From: Verrucomicrobiota bacterium
Lineage (GTDB): Bacteria > Verrucomicrobiota > Verrucomicrobiia > Limisphaerales > UBA11358
DNA length: 64,000 nucleotides
Assembly: GCA_049517655.1 (NCBI GenBank)
Contig: JBEKRQ010000001.1
Span: 749,379 to 813,378, forward strand
Reading direction: 5' to 3'
Below the pieces are notes generated by a model. It was not told the DNA's origin. It ran no database searches and was given only the letters and a program-made list of their open reading frames with translations. This document shows, one piece after another, positions 34,597 to 43,767 of this stretch (its first letter is position 1; every line of letters starts with the position of its first letter). The position numbers and the translations under genes were made by a program.

Positions 34597-36423
34597 CTAT
34601 TTTAAAGTTTCAACTTTAGCTTCCGGCTCGACCCACTTGTTATGTTCCTTGATAAGGTCAACGAGTCGTTCCACAGCTTCGGCTTCGGGGATGTTGAACT
34701 TGATCGCCTGCTTGCCGACGTAAAGGTTGATCTTGCCGGGCGCGCCGCCAACGTATCCGAAGTCGGCATCTGCCATTTCACCCGGGCCGTTCACGATGCA
34801 GCCCATGATGGCGATTTTAACACCCTTGAGATGCTCCGTCCGAGCCTTGATGCGAGCCATCACGGTCTGCAAGTTGAACAGCGTCCGCCCGCACGACGGG
34901 CACACCACGTAATCGGTCTTGAACGAACGGCAGCCCGCTGCCTGCAAAATATTGTAAGCCAGCCGCAGCGATTGTCCGCTGTCGGACTCCCCGCGAATCA
35001 AAATCGCATCGCCAATGCCGTCCGCCAGCAGCGAACCGATTACAACGGACGCGCGCAGCAAGACGATTTTGGGTTCCAGTGGCACAGACCTCTGGTCTGT
35101 GTTCGCCCTTTCATTCACAGGCTGGAAGCCTGTGCCACATAAACAATCCTTGAGTAGAATCGGATTGTTGCGACCAAGTCTCTTCAATTTCGCCACGAGC
35201 AGACGGAATGCAGTAATCGCGGGTAAATTCACACCATCTTTTACAGTCACGAGTTGCGTGTCACTGTTAATGTTGAAATCCTTTGTTGGGTCGAGTTCCG
35301 CAACATTCAAGTCTTCATAGACTGCCTCCGGTTTCACGTCGTCCCTCAGGCGAATCTTCGGAGTAACCTTGTCCCACGTGGCGCGAGTGACGACGACGCG
35401 GATGAGCTGTTCGCCGCCGCACTTGAAATTTTCGCTTGGAGAAATTCCCGGCGTTTTGCGACGCTCGAAGTGGAAGGGGTCGAACGGAAATTCCGAATTC
35501 GGAATTCGGAATTCGGAATTCGACAGTTTGGGAATTTGCGCCAGCAAATCGCGGCAGACCTCGACTTCGCGCGGCGAATCTTCCGTGAGTGAAACTCGGA
35601 TCGTGTCGCCCAACCCGTCGCACAGCAACGAGCCGATGCCGATGGCGGATTTGATGCGGCCGTCCTCGCCCCCGCCCGCCTCGGTCACACCCAGGTGGAT
35701 CGGATAATTCCAGTCCGGCCCTTCCTGTTCCAGCCGCGCGACGAGCAGCCGATAACATTCGATCATCACCTTGGGATTGCTCGCTTTCATCGAGAATTTG
35801 AAGTTGTGGAAATCGTGCATGCGGCAGATGCGGGCGAATTCCAACGCGCTCTCGACCATGCCAAGCGGCGTATCACCGTAACGGTTCATGATGCGGTCGG
35901 AAAGCGAGCCGTGGTTCGTGCCGATGCGCAACGCGCGCTTCAGGCGTTTGCACTCGATGACCAGAGGCGTGAATTTTTCCTCAATGCGCTTTAATTCGGC
36001 GGCGTATTGCCCATCGGTGTATTCCTTGCCGGCAAATTTCTTGGAATCGGCGTAGTTGCCCGGATTGACACGCACGACTTCGACCCATTTCACCGCTTCC
36101 ATCGCCGCCTCCGGTTTGAAATGGATGTCGGCGACGATAGGCACGTTGCAGCCGCGCTTGCGAAGCCCGGCGACAATGTTTTTGAGATTCGCCGCGTCTT
36201 TGACTGTCGGCGCGGTGATGCGGACGATCTGGCAGCCGACGGCGACGAGGTCGAGCGTTTGTTTCACGCACCCGGCGGTGTCCATCGTGTCGCATGTAAT
36301 CATGGACTGTATGACGACCGGATGGTCGCCACCAATGACGATGCCGCCGCGCGCCGGATCGCCGATGACAATTTCGCGGCTCTTCCGCCGCTGATGAAAA
36401 AATGGTGATTCGCAGTAGCGCAT
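34597..36423 (-). CDS. ispG: 4-hydroxy-3-methylbut-2-en-1-yl diphosphate synthase (long-form IspG/GcpE)
   Basis: TIM-barrel N-terminus (VIQSMITCDT) and C-terminal Fe-S motifs CPSCGRT and GCIVNGPGE. Start moved to MRYCESPFF directly after the rseP stop. Two repeat inserts (35079-35138, 35486-35521). Confidence 0.9.
   Translation of the reverse strand: MRYCESPFFHQRRKSREIVIGDPARGGIVIGGDHPVVIQSMITCDTMDTAGCVKQTLDLVAVGCQIVRITAPTVKDAANLKNIVAGLRKRGCNVPIVADIHFKPEAAMEAVKWVEVVRVNPGNYADSKKFAGKEYTDGQYAAELKRIEEKFTPLVIECKRLKRALRIGTNHGSLSDRIMNRYGDTPLGMVESALEFARICRMHDFHNFKFSMKASNPKVMIECYRLLVARLEQEGPDWNYPIHLGVTEAGGGEDGRIKSAIGIGSLLCDGLGDTIRVSLTEDSPREVEVCRDLLAQIPKLSNSEFRIPNSEFPFDPFHFERRKTPGISPSENFKCGGEQLIRVVVTRATWDKVTPKIRLRDDVKPEAVYEDLNVAELDPTKDFNINSDTQLVTVKDGVNLPAITAFRLLVAKLKRLGRNNPILLKDCLCGTGFQPVNERANTDQRSVPLEPKIVLLRASVVIGSLLADGIGDAILIRGESDSGQSLRLAYNILQAAGCRSFKTDYVVCPSCGRTLFNLQTVMARIKARTEHLKGVKIAIMGCIVNGPGEMADADFGYVGGAPGKINLYVGKQAIKFNIPEAEAVERLVDLIKEHNKWVEPEAKVETLK
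35079..35138. repeat. family-C double-hairpin element, 60 bp, in frame inside ispG
   Basis: The reverse complement aligns along its whole length with 12915-12969. Encodes GTGFQPVNERANTDQRSVPL. Confidence 0.9.
35486..35521. repeat. heptamer array GGAATTC x4-5 inside ispG
   Basis: ggaaattc cgaattc ggaattc ggaattc ggaattc, each unit carrying GAATTC. Encodes SNSEFRIPNSEFPF. Confidence 0.9.
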
Positions 36424-36427
36424 GAAA

Positions 36428-37813
36428 TTATCTGGCCGGCACCGGTACAGTTTCTGCGGGTGGCTGGGTTGTTTGTTCGATTTGCACGTTGTTATTGAAC
36501 ATCGCTCGGAACAGTGGAATCCGTTTGATGTCAAAGAACGAGACATAGAGCATGAACGAAATCACGAGCACCGCGAAGCAGGTCGTGGTGTATTCGACGA
36601 ACCTGATGTCCAAAGGCCGGCGGCGGATTTTTTCGATGATTGCCATCAAAATGTGGCCGCCGTCGAGCACGGGAACCGGCAGCAAATTGATAATTGCAAG
36701 GTTGATGTTGAGCAACACAAGAAAACTCAAGGCGAGGCGATAGTCCGCGTTCACATACACGGCAAGAATCGAAAGGATGCCCAATGGGCCGCTCAAATCG
36801 CTCGCTTTCACGCCTGTCTGCCGCGTATGAATGAGGGCCGAGATAACTCCGAAGGTTTGTTTTGTGACTTCCTGAATCTGGACCCACGGCAAAGGACCGG
36901 GCTTTTTCACCTCGTAGACACCTTCACTGAAAACGACGCCGATGCGGGCACGCTCGTTGACCGGGTCGTATTGCGGCGTTACGGTCGTGCTCCTTTTTTC
37001 ATTCTGACGGTTGAACACGATTATACACGGTTTGCCTTCGGATTTGGAAATGACCTCGATCATCCGGTCTCTGCTGGGGACCGGGATTCCATTTACCGAC
37101 AGGATTTTATCGCCACTCATCAAACCAGCCGCCGCTGCGGGCATGCCACTTTCGACGGCACCGACGACTGGATGCTCACGTGGATCGAGATCCAGCCACT
37201 TGCCACCCGCGGGGTTCGCCTTGGCCGTCAGATAGTAGGTTTTCTGTTCACCACTCCGTTTGATGACTACGGGAAAGACATTGGTCTTGGCCGTCATCGT
37301 CTCGAATACAACATCCTGCCAGGATTCCACCGCATGCCCGTTGACTATCACGATACGGTCGCCTTCCGTGATCCCAAGTTTTCCTTCCGGCGAATTCGGA
37401 TTGACTTCGCCAATCACCGACGGGTTTACCAATATGGGCAATCCGACAAAATAAATCACCGTGGCAATGGCGAAGGCGAACACGACGTTCATGAACGGTC
37501 CGGCAAAAGCAACAAGTATTTTGCGCAACGGAGGCGCAGGCGGGACCTTTTCGGTGGACTGACCTTCCAGCGCTTCGGAGGTAATCATTTGCGGCAGCTT
37601 CACAAAACCGCCGGCGGGAATCCAACGCAGCGAATATTCGACGCCGTTGCGCTTCCGACTGCAAATTTTTGGGCCAAACCCGACGGCAAATTCGTCCACT
37701 TTCATTCCCAGCCGGCGCGCGACCCAAAAATGGCCAAACTCATGGACAAAAATGGCCGCGCCAAACAACGCCAACACGGCGGCAATCACGTAAATGATGT
37801 TTAAAATGGTCAT
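36428..37813 (-). CDS. rseP: RIP zinc metalloprotease RseP (M50 with PDZ)
   Basis: Motifs HEFGHF and NLLPVPVLDGGH with PDZ segments between them. Start moved to MTILNIIYV. Confidence 0.9.
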   Translation of the reverse strand: MTILNIIYVIAAVLALFGAAIFVHEFGHFWVARRLGMKVDEFAVGFGPKICSRKRNGVEYSLRWIPAGGFVKLPQMITSEALEGQSTEKVPPAPPLRKILVAFAGPFMNVVFAFAIATVIYFVGLPILVNPSVIGEVNPNSPEGKLGITEGDRIVIVNGHAVESWQDVVFETMTAKTNVFPVVIKRSGEQKTYYLTAKANPAGGKWLDLDPREHPVVGAVESGMPAAAAGLMSGDKILSVNGIPVPSRDRMIEVISKSEGKPCIIVFNRQNEKRSTTVTPQYDPVNERARIGVVFSEGVYEVKKPGPLPWVQIQEVTKQTFGVISALIHTRQTGVKASDLSGPLGILSILAVYVNADYRLALSFLVLLNINLAIINLLPVPVLDGGHILMAIIEKIRRRPLDIRFVEYTTTCFAVLVISFMLYVSFFDIKRIPLFRAMFNNNVQIEQTTQPPAETVPVPAR

Positions 37814-37848
37814 GCAAAAACCAGCTTTTAAGAATGTAATAGTAAAAA

Positions 37849-38994
37849 TTAAATTGTGGCTTCGTGCCGCGCCCAAGCGTCGGCTTCCAAAATTTGTTCG
37901 AGTGTCGGATGCAGAACGACTTTGTGCCGTTCCATGGTGCGCCGCACTGTTTCCGCGATTTGCGGGAAATTGATTTTGCGATCTACGAACGCTTTGACCG
38001 CGACTTCGTTGGCCGCGTTCAATACCGCCGGCAGCGTGCCGCCCATCTCCCCTGCCCTGCGCGCAAGATTCAGCGCCGGAAAGCGTTCCACGTCAGGTTC
38101 TTCAAACGTGAGGCTGCCGAGTCTGGTGAAATCGGTTTGCACGCGTCCGCTCGGCGCGCGATCGGGATACGTTAATGCGTATTGAATCGGCAAACACATG
38201 TCCGGCGTGGACAACTGCGCGAGCATTGAGCCGTCCACAAACTCGACCATTGAATGAACGATGCTCTGCGGATGCACCAGCACGCCGACGCGTTCCATGC
38301 CAATATTGAACAACCACCGCGCTTCGATCATCTCCAGTCCTTTATTGAACAGCGTGGCCGAATCAATTGTAATTTTGCGGCCCATGACCCACGACGGATG
38401 TTTGAGCGCGCACTCTACCGTGATTTCCGAGAATTTTTCCTTCGGCCAGATTTTTTTGTCGCGAAACGGCCCGCCGGAAGCGGTCAACCAAAGTTTGCGG
38501 ACTGAACTCGGAGGCTTTCCATCGAGACATTGGAAAATCGCCGAATGTTCGCTGTCCACGGCGAGAACGCGGACGCCGTGTTTGCGCGCTTCTTCCATGA
38601 CGATTTCGCCGGCCATGACCAGGATTTCCTTGGACGCGACGGCGATGTCCTTGCCGGCGCGAATCGCGGCGAGCGCGGGTTTTAGTCCCGCCGTGCCAAC
38701 AATCGCAATCAACACAATGTCCGCCGACGGCAACGTGGCGAGTTTGATCAAACCTTCGTCGCCTGAATAAACCTGCGTGGTTGCGCCGAAGAATTTTCCC
38801 AGTTTGCGGGCTTTTTCCGGATTACCGATGCAAATTGCCTCGGGCCGGTGTTTGCGGGTTTGCTCAAGAAGCAACTTAGCGTTATTGCCCGCAGCCAGGC
38901 CAACCAGCCGGATCCGATCCGGCAAATCCCCGGCGACTTTGACGGTGCTGGTGCCGATGGAACCGGTGCTGCCAAGGAGAACGACGTTTTTCAT
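37849..38994 (-). CDS. dxr: 1-deoxy-D-xylulose 5-phosphate reductoisomerase
   Basis: N-terminal GSTGSIGT NADPH motif. Full-length Dxr pattern in the classic cdsA-dxr-rseP synteny. Confidence 0.95.
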   Translation of the reverse strand: MKNVVLLGSTGSIGTSTVKVAGDLPDRIRLVGLAAGNNAKLLLEQTRKHRPEAICIGNPEKARKLGKFFGATTQVYSGDEGLIKLATLPSADIVLIAIVGTAGLKPALAAIRAGKDIAVASKEILVMAGEIVMEEARKHGVRVLAVDSEHSAIFQCLDGKPPSSVRKLWLTASGGPFRDKKIWPKEKFSEITVECALKHPSWVMGRKITIDSATLFNKGLEMIEARWLFNIGMERVGVLVHPQSIVHSMVEFVDGSMLAQLSTPDMCLPIQYALTYPDRAPSGRVQTDFTRLGSLTFEEPDVERFPALNLARRAGEMGGTLPAVLNAANEVAVKAFVDRKINFPQIAETVRRTMERHKVVLHPTLEQILEADAWARHEATI

Positions 38995-39902
38995 GGAACC
39001 AGGATATGCCGTAAATAGAGATACATGATGGGCGCGTTGAACAAAAGACTGTCGAGCAAATCGAGAATGCCGCCGATGCCGGGGAAAAAACTGCCGGAGT
39101 CTTTCACGCCGGCCCCGCGTTTGAACAACGACTCAATCAAATCGCCGACGACGGCAGTCATACCGAACAAAACGCCGAGCAGAACGGCGTGGAACCAGTT
39201 CATGTCCGCCATTTTATCTCCAAAAAAACCTGCAAACAGGGCGCTCGACGCCGTCGAAAATAAAATCGCGCCGCCAAAGCCCTCCCAGGTTTTGCCGGGG
39301 CTGATGCGCGGCATCATCTTGTGCCTGCCGATGAGCGAGCCGACGGCATACGCGCCGGTGTCGCTGAACTTTGTGACCAGCACGAAGTAGAGCAGAAAAA
39401 ATTTGCCATCCACGCCTGGGAAAAAATTGATTTTTTGAATGAAGTTCAACAGCCACGGCACATACATGAGACCGAAGAGTGTCGTCGCAATGGCCACGAT
39501 TCCCACCGCGTTGGACTTTGACAATAATTGTCGCAGACACAAACCGAGCACGAACAAGATAAGAAAGCCCGTTTCAAAATCGTTGACGCGCGCCGGGGAA
39601 CCCGAAGTGCCAAGATGACCGGTTAAATTCAAAAATGTCCCAACCATCAGCAGCACGCCGCCGAGCAGACCGCACCACTTGAAGCAAACAAGGCCGCATT
39701 TTTCGGCGAGTCCATAAAATTCCGCGAGGCCGGCCAGCGCGAGAAAGACAATGATGAGAATGAATACGCCATTGGAAATCAACGCGTTGCCGGAAAACAA
39801 AGCGGTGATGATCACCGTCCAGAGAATCACCGAGGTGATTAACCGGCGGAGAAAAACCTGCGCCTTCGAGGGCGTTTGCGCTGCCGCAGCTGCGTCGGAC
39901 AT
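38991..39902 (-). CDS. cdsA: phosphatidate cytidylyltransferase
   Basis: Polytopic protein with a C-terminal CDS signature region SLFKRGAGVKDSGSFFPGIGGILDLLDS. This deviates from the HGG / DR positions I recall. Start moved to MSDAAAAAQ. Confidence 0.8.
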   Translation of the reverse strand: MSDAAAAAQTPSKAQVFLRRLITSVILWTVIITALFSGNALISNGVFILIIVFLALAGLAEFYGLAEKCGLVCFKWCGLLGGVLLMVGTFLNLTGHLGTSGSPARVNDFETGFLILFVLGLCLRQLLSKSNAVGIVAIATTLFGLMYVPWLLNFIQKINFFPGVDGKFFLLYFVLVTKFSDTGAYAVGSLIGRHKMMPRISPGKTWEGFGGAILFSTASSALFAGFFGDKMADMNWFHAVLLGVLFGMTAVVGDLIESLFKRGAGVKDSGSFFPGIGGILDLLDSLLFNAPIMYLYLRHILVP

Positions 39903-40124
39903 GCGCGCGCAAGGTAACAGACGTGGCGGCGATTGCCAACACCGACTTCTGTCGCGCAGAATGAAGTTCTTAATTGCATTGTAGCGGCGCTCTGTGAGCG
40001 CCGACGTTGGCAATTCGGATATTGCGGCGGTCACAGACCGCCGCTACAGCCAAGTTGGATTCACTTAACAATTGCGCGGCGCGCGTTTTTGTGCAAAAGC
40101 TGTTGTCGCACGAACGGCAAGGCT

Positions 40125-40200
40125 GGGGTCGTAGCTCAGTTGGTAGAGCGGCTGGTTCGCAATCAGCAGGTCAGGGGTTCGAATCCCCTCGGCTCCACCA
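40125..40200 (+). tRNA. tRNA-Ala (anticodon CGC), CCA encoded
   Basis: Manual cloverleaf: acceptor GGGGTCG/CGGCTCC with the G3:U70 alanine identity pair; D arm GCTC-AGTTGGTA-GAGC; anticodon loop TTCGCAA; T arm AGGGG-TTCGAAT-CCCCT; terminal ACCA. Confidence 0.9.
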
Positions 40201-40220
40201 GCCCCGAAAGCTTTCGGGGC
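40201..40220 (+). other. perfect 20-nt palindrome directly 3' of tRNA-Ala
   Basis: gccccgaaagctttcggggc forms a 10-bp stem but has no U-tract. It could be a processing or termination hairpin. Confidence 0.4.
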
Positions 40221-40327
40221 TGCCGCGCCGGAGCACGAAGTGCGAAGGCGGGCCGACACCAGCCAAGTGCAATACGCTCCGAGCTACGGATGGCAAGCCA
40301 ATTCATATTTTGACAAACTCATTCTAT

Positions 40328-41131
40328 ATGAAATCACCGCTGGAAAATAAATTGGTTTTGATCACCGGCGCATCGAGTGGATTTGGCGCAGCAGCAGCGC
40401 AGGCGTTTGGCGTCACGGGCGCAAAACTACTGCTGGGCGCGCGGCGCGTTGACCGTCTGAAAATAACAGCGGCAGAATCGCTCAAGGCCGGCGCAGCAGC
40501 AGCGCATTTTCACGAACTGGACGTATCAAAAACTTCGAGCGTTGAATCATTCATTGCATGGGCGCGAGAGAAAATTGGAAGCCGGAAGTCAGAAACCGGA
40601 GGTCTGCATGTTTTGATCAACAACGCCGGCGGCGCGCACGGCGTGGACACAATTGCCGAAGGCAAGGACGCGGATTGGGAAGCGATGATCCAGACAAACG
40701 TCCTCGGCCTGTTGCGCGTGACGCGCGCGGCGTTGCCGCTCATGCCGCGCAACGCGGGCGCTAGCATTATCAACATCGGCTCGGTCGCCGGCCACACGGC
40801 TTACGAAGGCGGTGCGGTATATTGCGCGGCGAAAGCGGGCGAACTGCAAATCACCGGCGCGCTGCGGTTGGAATTGCTCGGCACAGGTATTCGCGTCGGC
40901 ACGGTGGATCCTGGTCTGGCAAAAACGGGATTTTCACTCGTGCGTTTCAAAGGCGACGCGGCGAGCGCGAAAAAGGTTTATGAAGGTACAAACCCGTTGA
41001 CCGCTGAAGACATTGCGGAAATTTTGGTCTGGGTCGCCAGCCGCCCACCGCATGTGAACATAGATGAACTGATTGTCAAACCCGTTGACCAAGCGGCGAT
41101 TGGCAAAGTGTATCGGCGGTTGAAACGCTAA
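40328..41131 (+). CDS. short-chain dehydrogenase/reductase (SDR)
   Basis: Motifs TGASSGFG (TGxxxGxG), NNAG and YCAAK (YxxxK). ORF 40007.. reads through the tRNA, so the start was moved to MKSPLENK. Confidence 0.85.
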   Translation: MKSPLENKLVLITGASSGFGAAAAQAFGVTGAKLLLGARRVDRLKITAAESLKAGAAAAHFHELDVSKTSSVESFIAWAREKIGSRKSETGGLHVLINNAGGAHGVDTIAEGKDADWEAMIQTNVLGLLRVTRAALPLMPRNAGASIINIGSVAGHTAYEGGAVYCAAKAGELQITGALRLELLGTGIRVGTVDPGLAKTGFSLVRFKGDAASAKKVYEGTNPLTAEDIAEILVWVASRPPHVNIDELIVKPVDQAAIGKVYRRLKR

Positions 41132-42333
41132 ATCCCGCGATTTGCGCGCCAAAGCAGCACCGCGCCGACGGCCTGAAAAATGAAATTCGGCACCCAGAAA
41201 ATCAAGTGCGGCGCAAATTCCGGACGCGCGGACAATGATTCGCCAAGAATTACGAAGCTGTAGTAAATCAGCACCAGCACGAGGGCCATGGCAACGCCAA
41301 CGTTCGTCTCGCGCCGATGCACGCGAATGCCCAGCGGAATGCCAATGAGCGTAAATCCGAAACATGCAAAGGAAAACGCGATTTGCCGGTGCATTTCCAC
41401 ATGAATCGGCTCGGTCAAATCGGTTTGTTGCTTCGCGACCTCGCGAAGTTGCGCTTGTAATTCCGACGGCGATGCAGAAGCGGCAGGCGGCAGGCTGAAT
41501 CGCTGTTCCAAGTCGCGCAGTTCATCCTGCAATTGCCAGAACGTCATGTCGCTGATTTTGGGTTTTAAAACCCGGTTTGTAGCCGCGTTCAGGTCAAAGT
41601 TCAACGTCAACATCGGGAATGAGGTGATTCCCACATGTGATCCATTCAACGTTACACTGCGGGCGTCGAACAAATGCAAAACGAGTTGTTTGTTTTTTGC
41701 GTCCGTCTCGAACTGGCCACGCGGCGCGCGCAAGGTTGTTTCCACGTTTGTCCCATTTTCGAGTTTGAAGATCATCACGCCCTGCAAATTGCCGTCGTGA
41801 TTTTTTTCCACGTAAAAAATATAACCCGGAAAATCGCGGATGAACCGGCCTTCAGGCAATCGGACGTTCATCAATTCAGAACGCGCGCGGGAGAGAAGCT
41901 TCTTGTAAGCGACGCGACAATGGGGGCCAATGTCCATGTTGATCCAGGCGCTCACGCAGCAGCAAAGCAAACTCAGGAGCAAAATGGGCGTGATGAGTGA
42001 CAGCAAACTGATGCCGCTGGCGCGCACAGCGGTAAGTTCCTGGTCGGCGCTGAAACGACCGAACACCAGCAGTGTCGCGGTGAGCAAACCCATTGGCAGC
42101 GCATATACCCAGACGAATGGAATTAACAAGCCGATTGCTTTGAACGCTGTGCTGGGGCGCACCTGACCGTTGACAATCAACTTGAGGATTTCCTGGAGCA
42201 CGTTGCCGAGTAACAACACAAAGGTGAATACCGCCACGGTCAACAACAATGAAGCGATCACCTGATACGTCAGATATTTCTGCAATGTTTTCACATTTGT
42301 CCGGCGCGGACGCGCAAACCCTAAAACGAACAC
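41128..42333 (-). CDS. LptF/LptG-family (YjgP/YjgQ) permease
   Basis: Six-TM architecture with a large periplasmic beta-jellyroll-like insert. The start may be the GTG at 42294 ([11 protein letters not shown]). Confidence 0.75.
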   Translation of the reverse strand: MFVLGFARPRRTNVKTLQKYLTYQVIASLLLTVAVFTFVLLLGNVLQEILKLIVNGQVRPSTAFKAIGLLIPFVWVYALPMGLLTATLLVFGRFSADQELTAVRASGISLLSLITPILLLSLLCCCVSAWINMDIGPHCRVAYKKLLSRARSELMNVRLPEGRFIRDFPGYIFYVEKNHDGNLQGVMIFKLENGTNVETTLRAPRGQFETDAKNKQLVLHLFDARSVTLNGSHVGITSFPMLTLNFDLNAATNRVLKPKISDMTFWQLQDELRDLEQRFSLPPAASASPSELQAQLREVAKQQTDLTEPIHVEMHRQIAFSFACFGFTLIGIPLGIRVHRRETNVGVAMALVLVLIYYSFVILGESLSARPEFAPHLIFWVPNFIFQAVGAVLLWRANRGI

Positions 42334-42481
42334 GCAAAATCTGAAATGTTAAAATACGATGGTGACCGGGATGGAATCATGCATCGCCACCGAATTTCCC
42401 TATCTATCTGGTGGTTTTCCAACGTATGCAACCGGATGGAAAATAATTGCAAGAATGATGTTCTTCGGTTAAATTGCTGTC

Positions 42482-43540
42482 GTGCAGACAATATTTGCTA
42501 AGCAAGACTTGGGCGACCATTCCGCTCAACTTCCTTTGCGCCAAGATGTTATTACTGCACCACGACTCCGACCGGCAATCACAGGCTCCGTTCTAACAAC
42601 AAACAGATTTGTTTCCAAAGACAAAACCCCTGTTGCCGCCCCGAATGGCAATGGTAACGGCAACGGCAACCATGCGTTGATCGAGGCGCTCCTCGGTTCA
42701 AAAATCTACCAGGATTACGAGCGTGCCTTCGGCGACATGACCGGATTGCCGGTGTCGTTGCAGCCGGTTGAAACATGGCAACTGCCGTATCATGGCCGGC
42801 GGAATGAAAATCCGTTTTGCGCCTTGATGGCGCAAAAAAGCCACGCTTGCGCGGCGTGTTTGCAGGTGCGCGAGCGGCTTTGTGAAAACGCCTCAACCGA
42901 ACCGTGTACCATCATTTGTTCCTCCGGGCTCTGCGAGACGGCCGTGCCGGTGCGATTGAGCGATCGGTTGATTGGATTTCTCCAAACCGGACAGGTCTTC
43001 CGCAAAAAACCGGGCAGAGCGCAGTTTGAGCGGGTCGCCAGACAGGTCGCCGAATGGGGTTCAGACGTGGAACATGATGTTTTGAAGAAGGCCTACTTTT
43101 CCGGCAAGGTGGTGTCGCCCAAACAACATGAGTCAGTGGTGAAACTGCTCGCCATTTTTGCCCAGCACCTAGCAATGGTGAGCAATCAGGTCATCATCCA
43201 GCAGGAAAACGCCGAATCGCCGGTCATCACGCGCGCCAGGGATTACATTCGCGAACATCAGTCTGAAAAACTTTCGCTCGGCCAGGTCGCCAAAGCGGTC
43301 AACATGAGCGCCTTCTACTTTTGCAAAATGTTTAAAAAAGTCACCGGGGTCAATTTCACCGACTATCTTTCGCGCGTGCGCATCGAGAAAGCGAAAAACC
43401 TGCTGCTCAATCCCAACCTGCGCGTCAGTGAAATCGCATTTGAAGTCGGATTCCAATCACTCACGCATTTCAACCGCGTGTTCAAAAAGCTTCTGGGCCA
43501 ATCCCCCACCGATTACCGCGCGCAATTGCTCGCCTATTGA
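42482..43540 (+). CDS. AraC-family transcriptional regulator with PocR-like sensor domain
   Basis: C-terminal AraC HTH (LSLGQVAKAVNMSAFYFCKMFKK ... FQSLTHFNRVFKK). The N-terminal Cys-rich region resembles PocR. Contains a (GNG)n tract at 42646-42672. Confidence 0.8.
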   Translation: MQTIFAKQDLGDHSAQLPLRQDVITAPRLRPAITGSVLTTNRFVSKDKTPVAAPNGNGNGNGNHALIEALLGSKIYQDYERAFGDMTGLPVSLQPVETWQLPYHGRRNENPFCALMAQKSHACAACLQVRERLCENASTEPCTIICSSGLCETAVPVRLSDRLIGFLQTGQVFRKKPGRAQFERVARQVAEWGSDVEHDVLKKAYFSGKVVSPKQHESVVKLLAIFAQHLAMVSNQVIIQQENAESPVITRARDYIREHQSEKLSLGQVAKAVNMSAFYFCKMFKKVTGVNFTDYLSRVRIEKAKNLLLNPNLRVSEIAFEVGFQSLTHFNRVFKKLLGQSPTDYRAQLLAY

Positions 43541-43767
43541 ACGCTGCGGCGATGCGAAAACACCTTTTCGCTGGTGTTCCGGGAGAATTCTCCTGTCACG
43601 CCGTGTTGAATGCCATCAACACAAAAAAGGGAAAGGATTTGCCAAAGTCAGCGAAGCCGAACCGGTCTGGAACTGGCAATTTTTAAGTGTGAAATGAGTT
43701 GGTTGCCACCGACAAGTTTGAGATTATGATTTATGATTTGTAACCCATCTTAAGACCCCGGCATTCC

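Noticed and set aside
36422-37804. 460-aa plus-strand ORF
   Set aside because: Antisense to rseP, which carries HEFGH and PDZ motifs. No motifs of its own.
40007-40327. N-terminal 107 codons of ORF 40007..41131
   Set aside because: This stretch reads straight through tRNA-Ala and its 3' palindrome. The SDR domain starts at the Met at 40328.
40125-41131. Integrative element at tRNA-Ala
   Set aside because: There is no integrase, no direct repeat of the tRNA 3' end downstream, and the neighbouring genes (SDR, lptF/G-like) look chromosomal.
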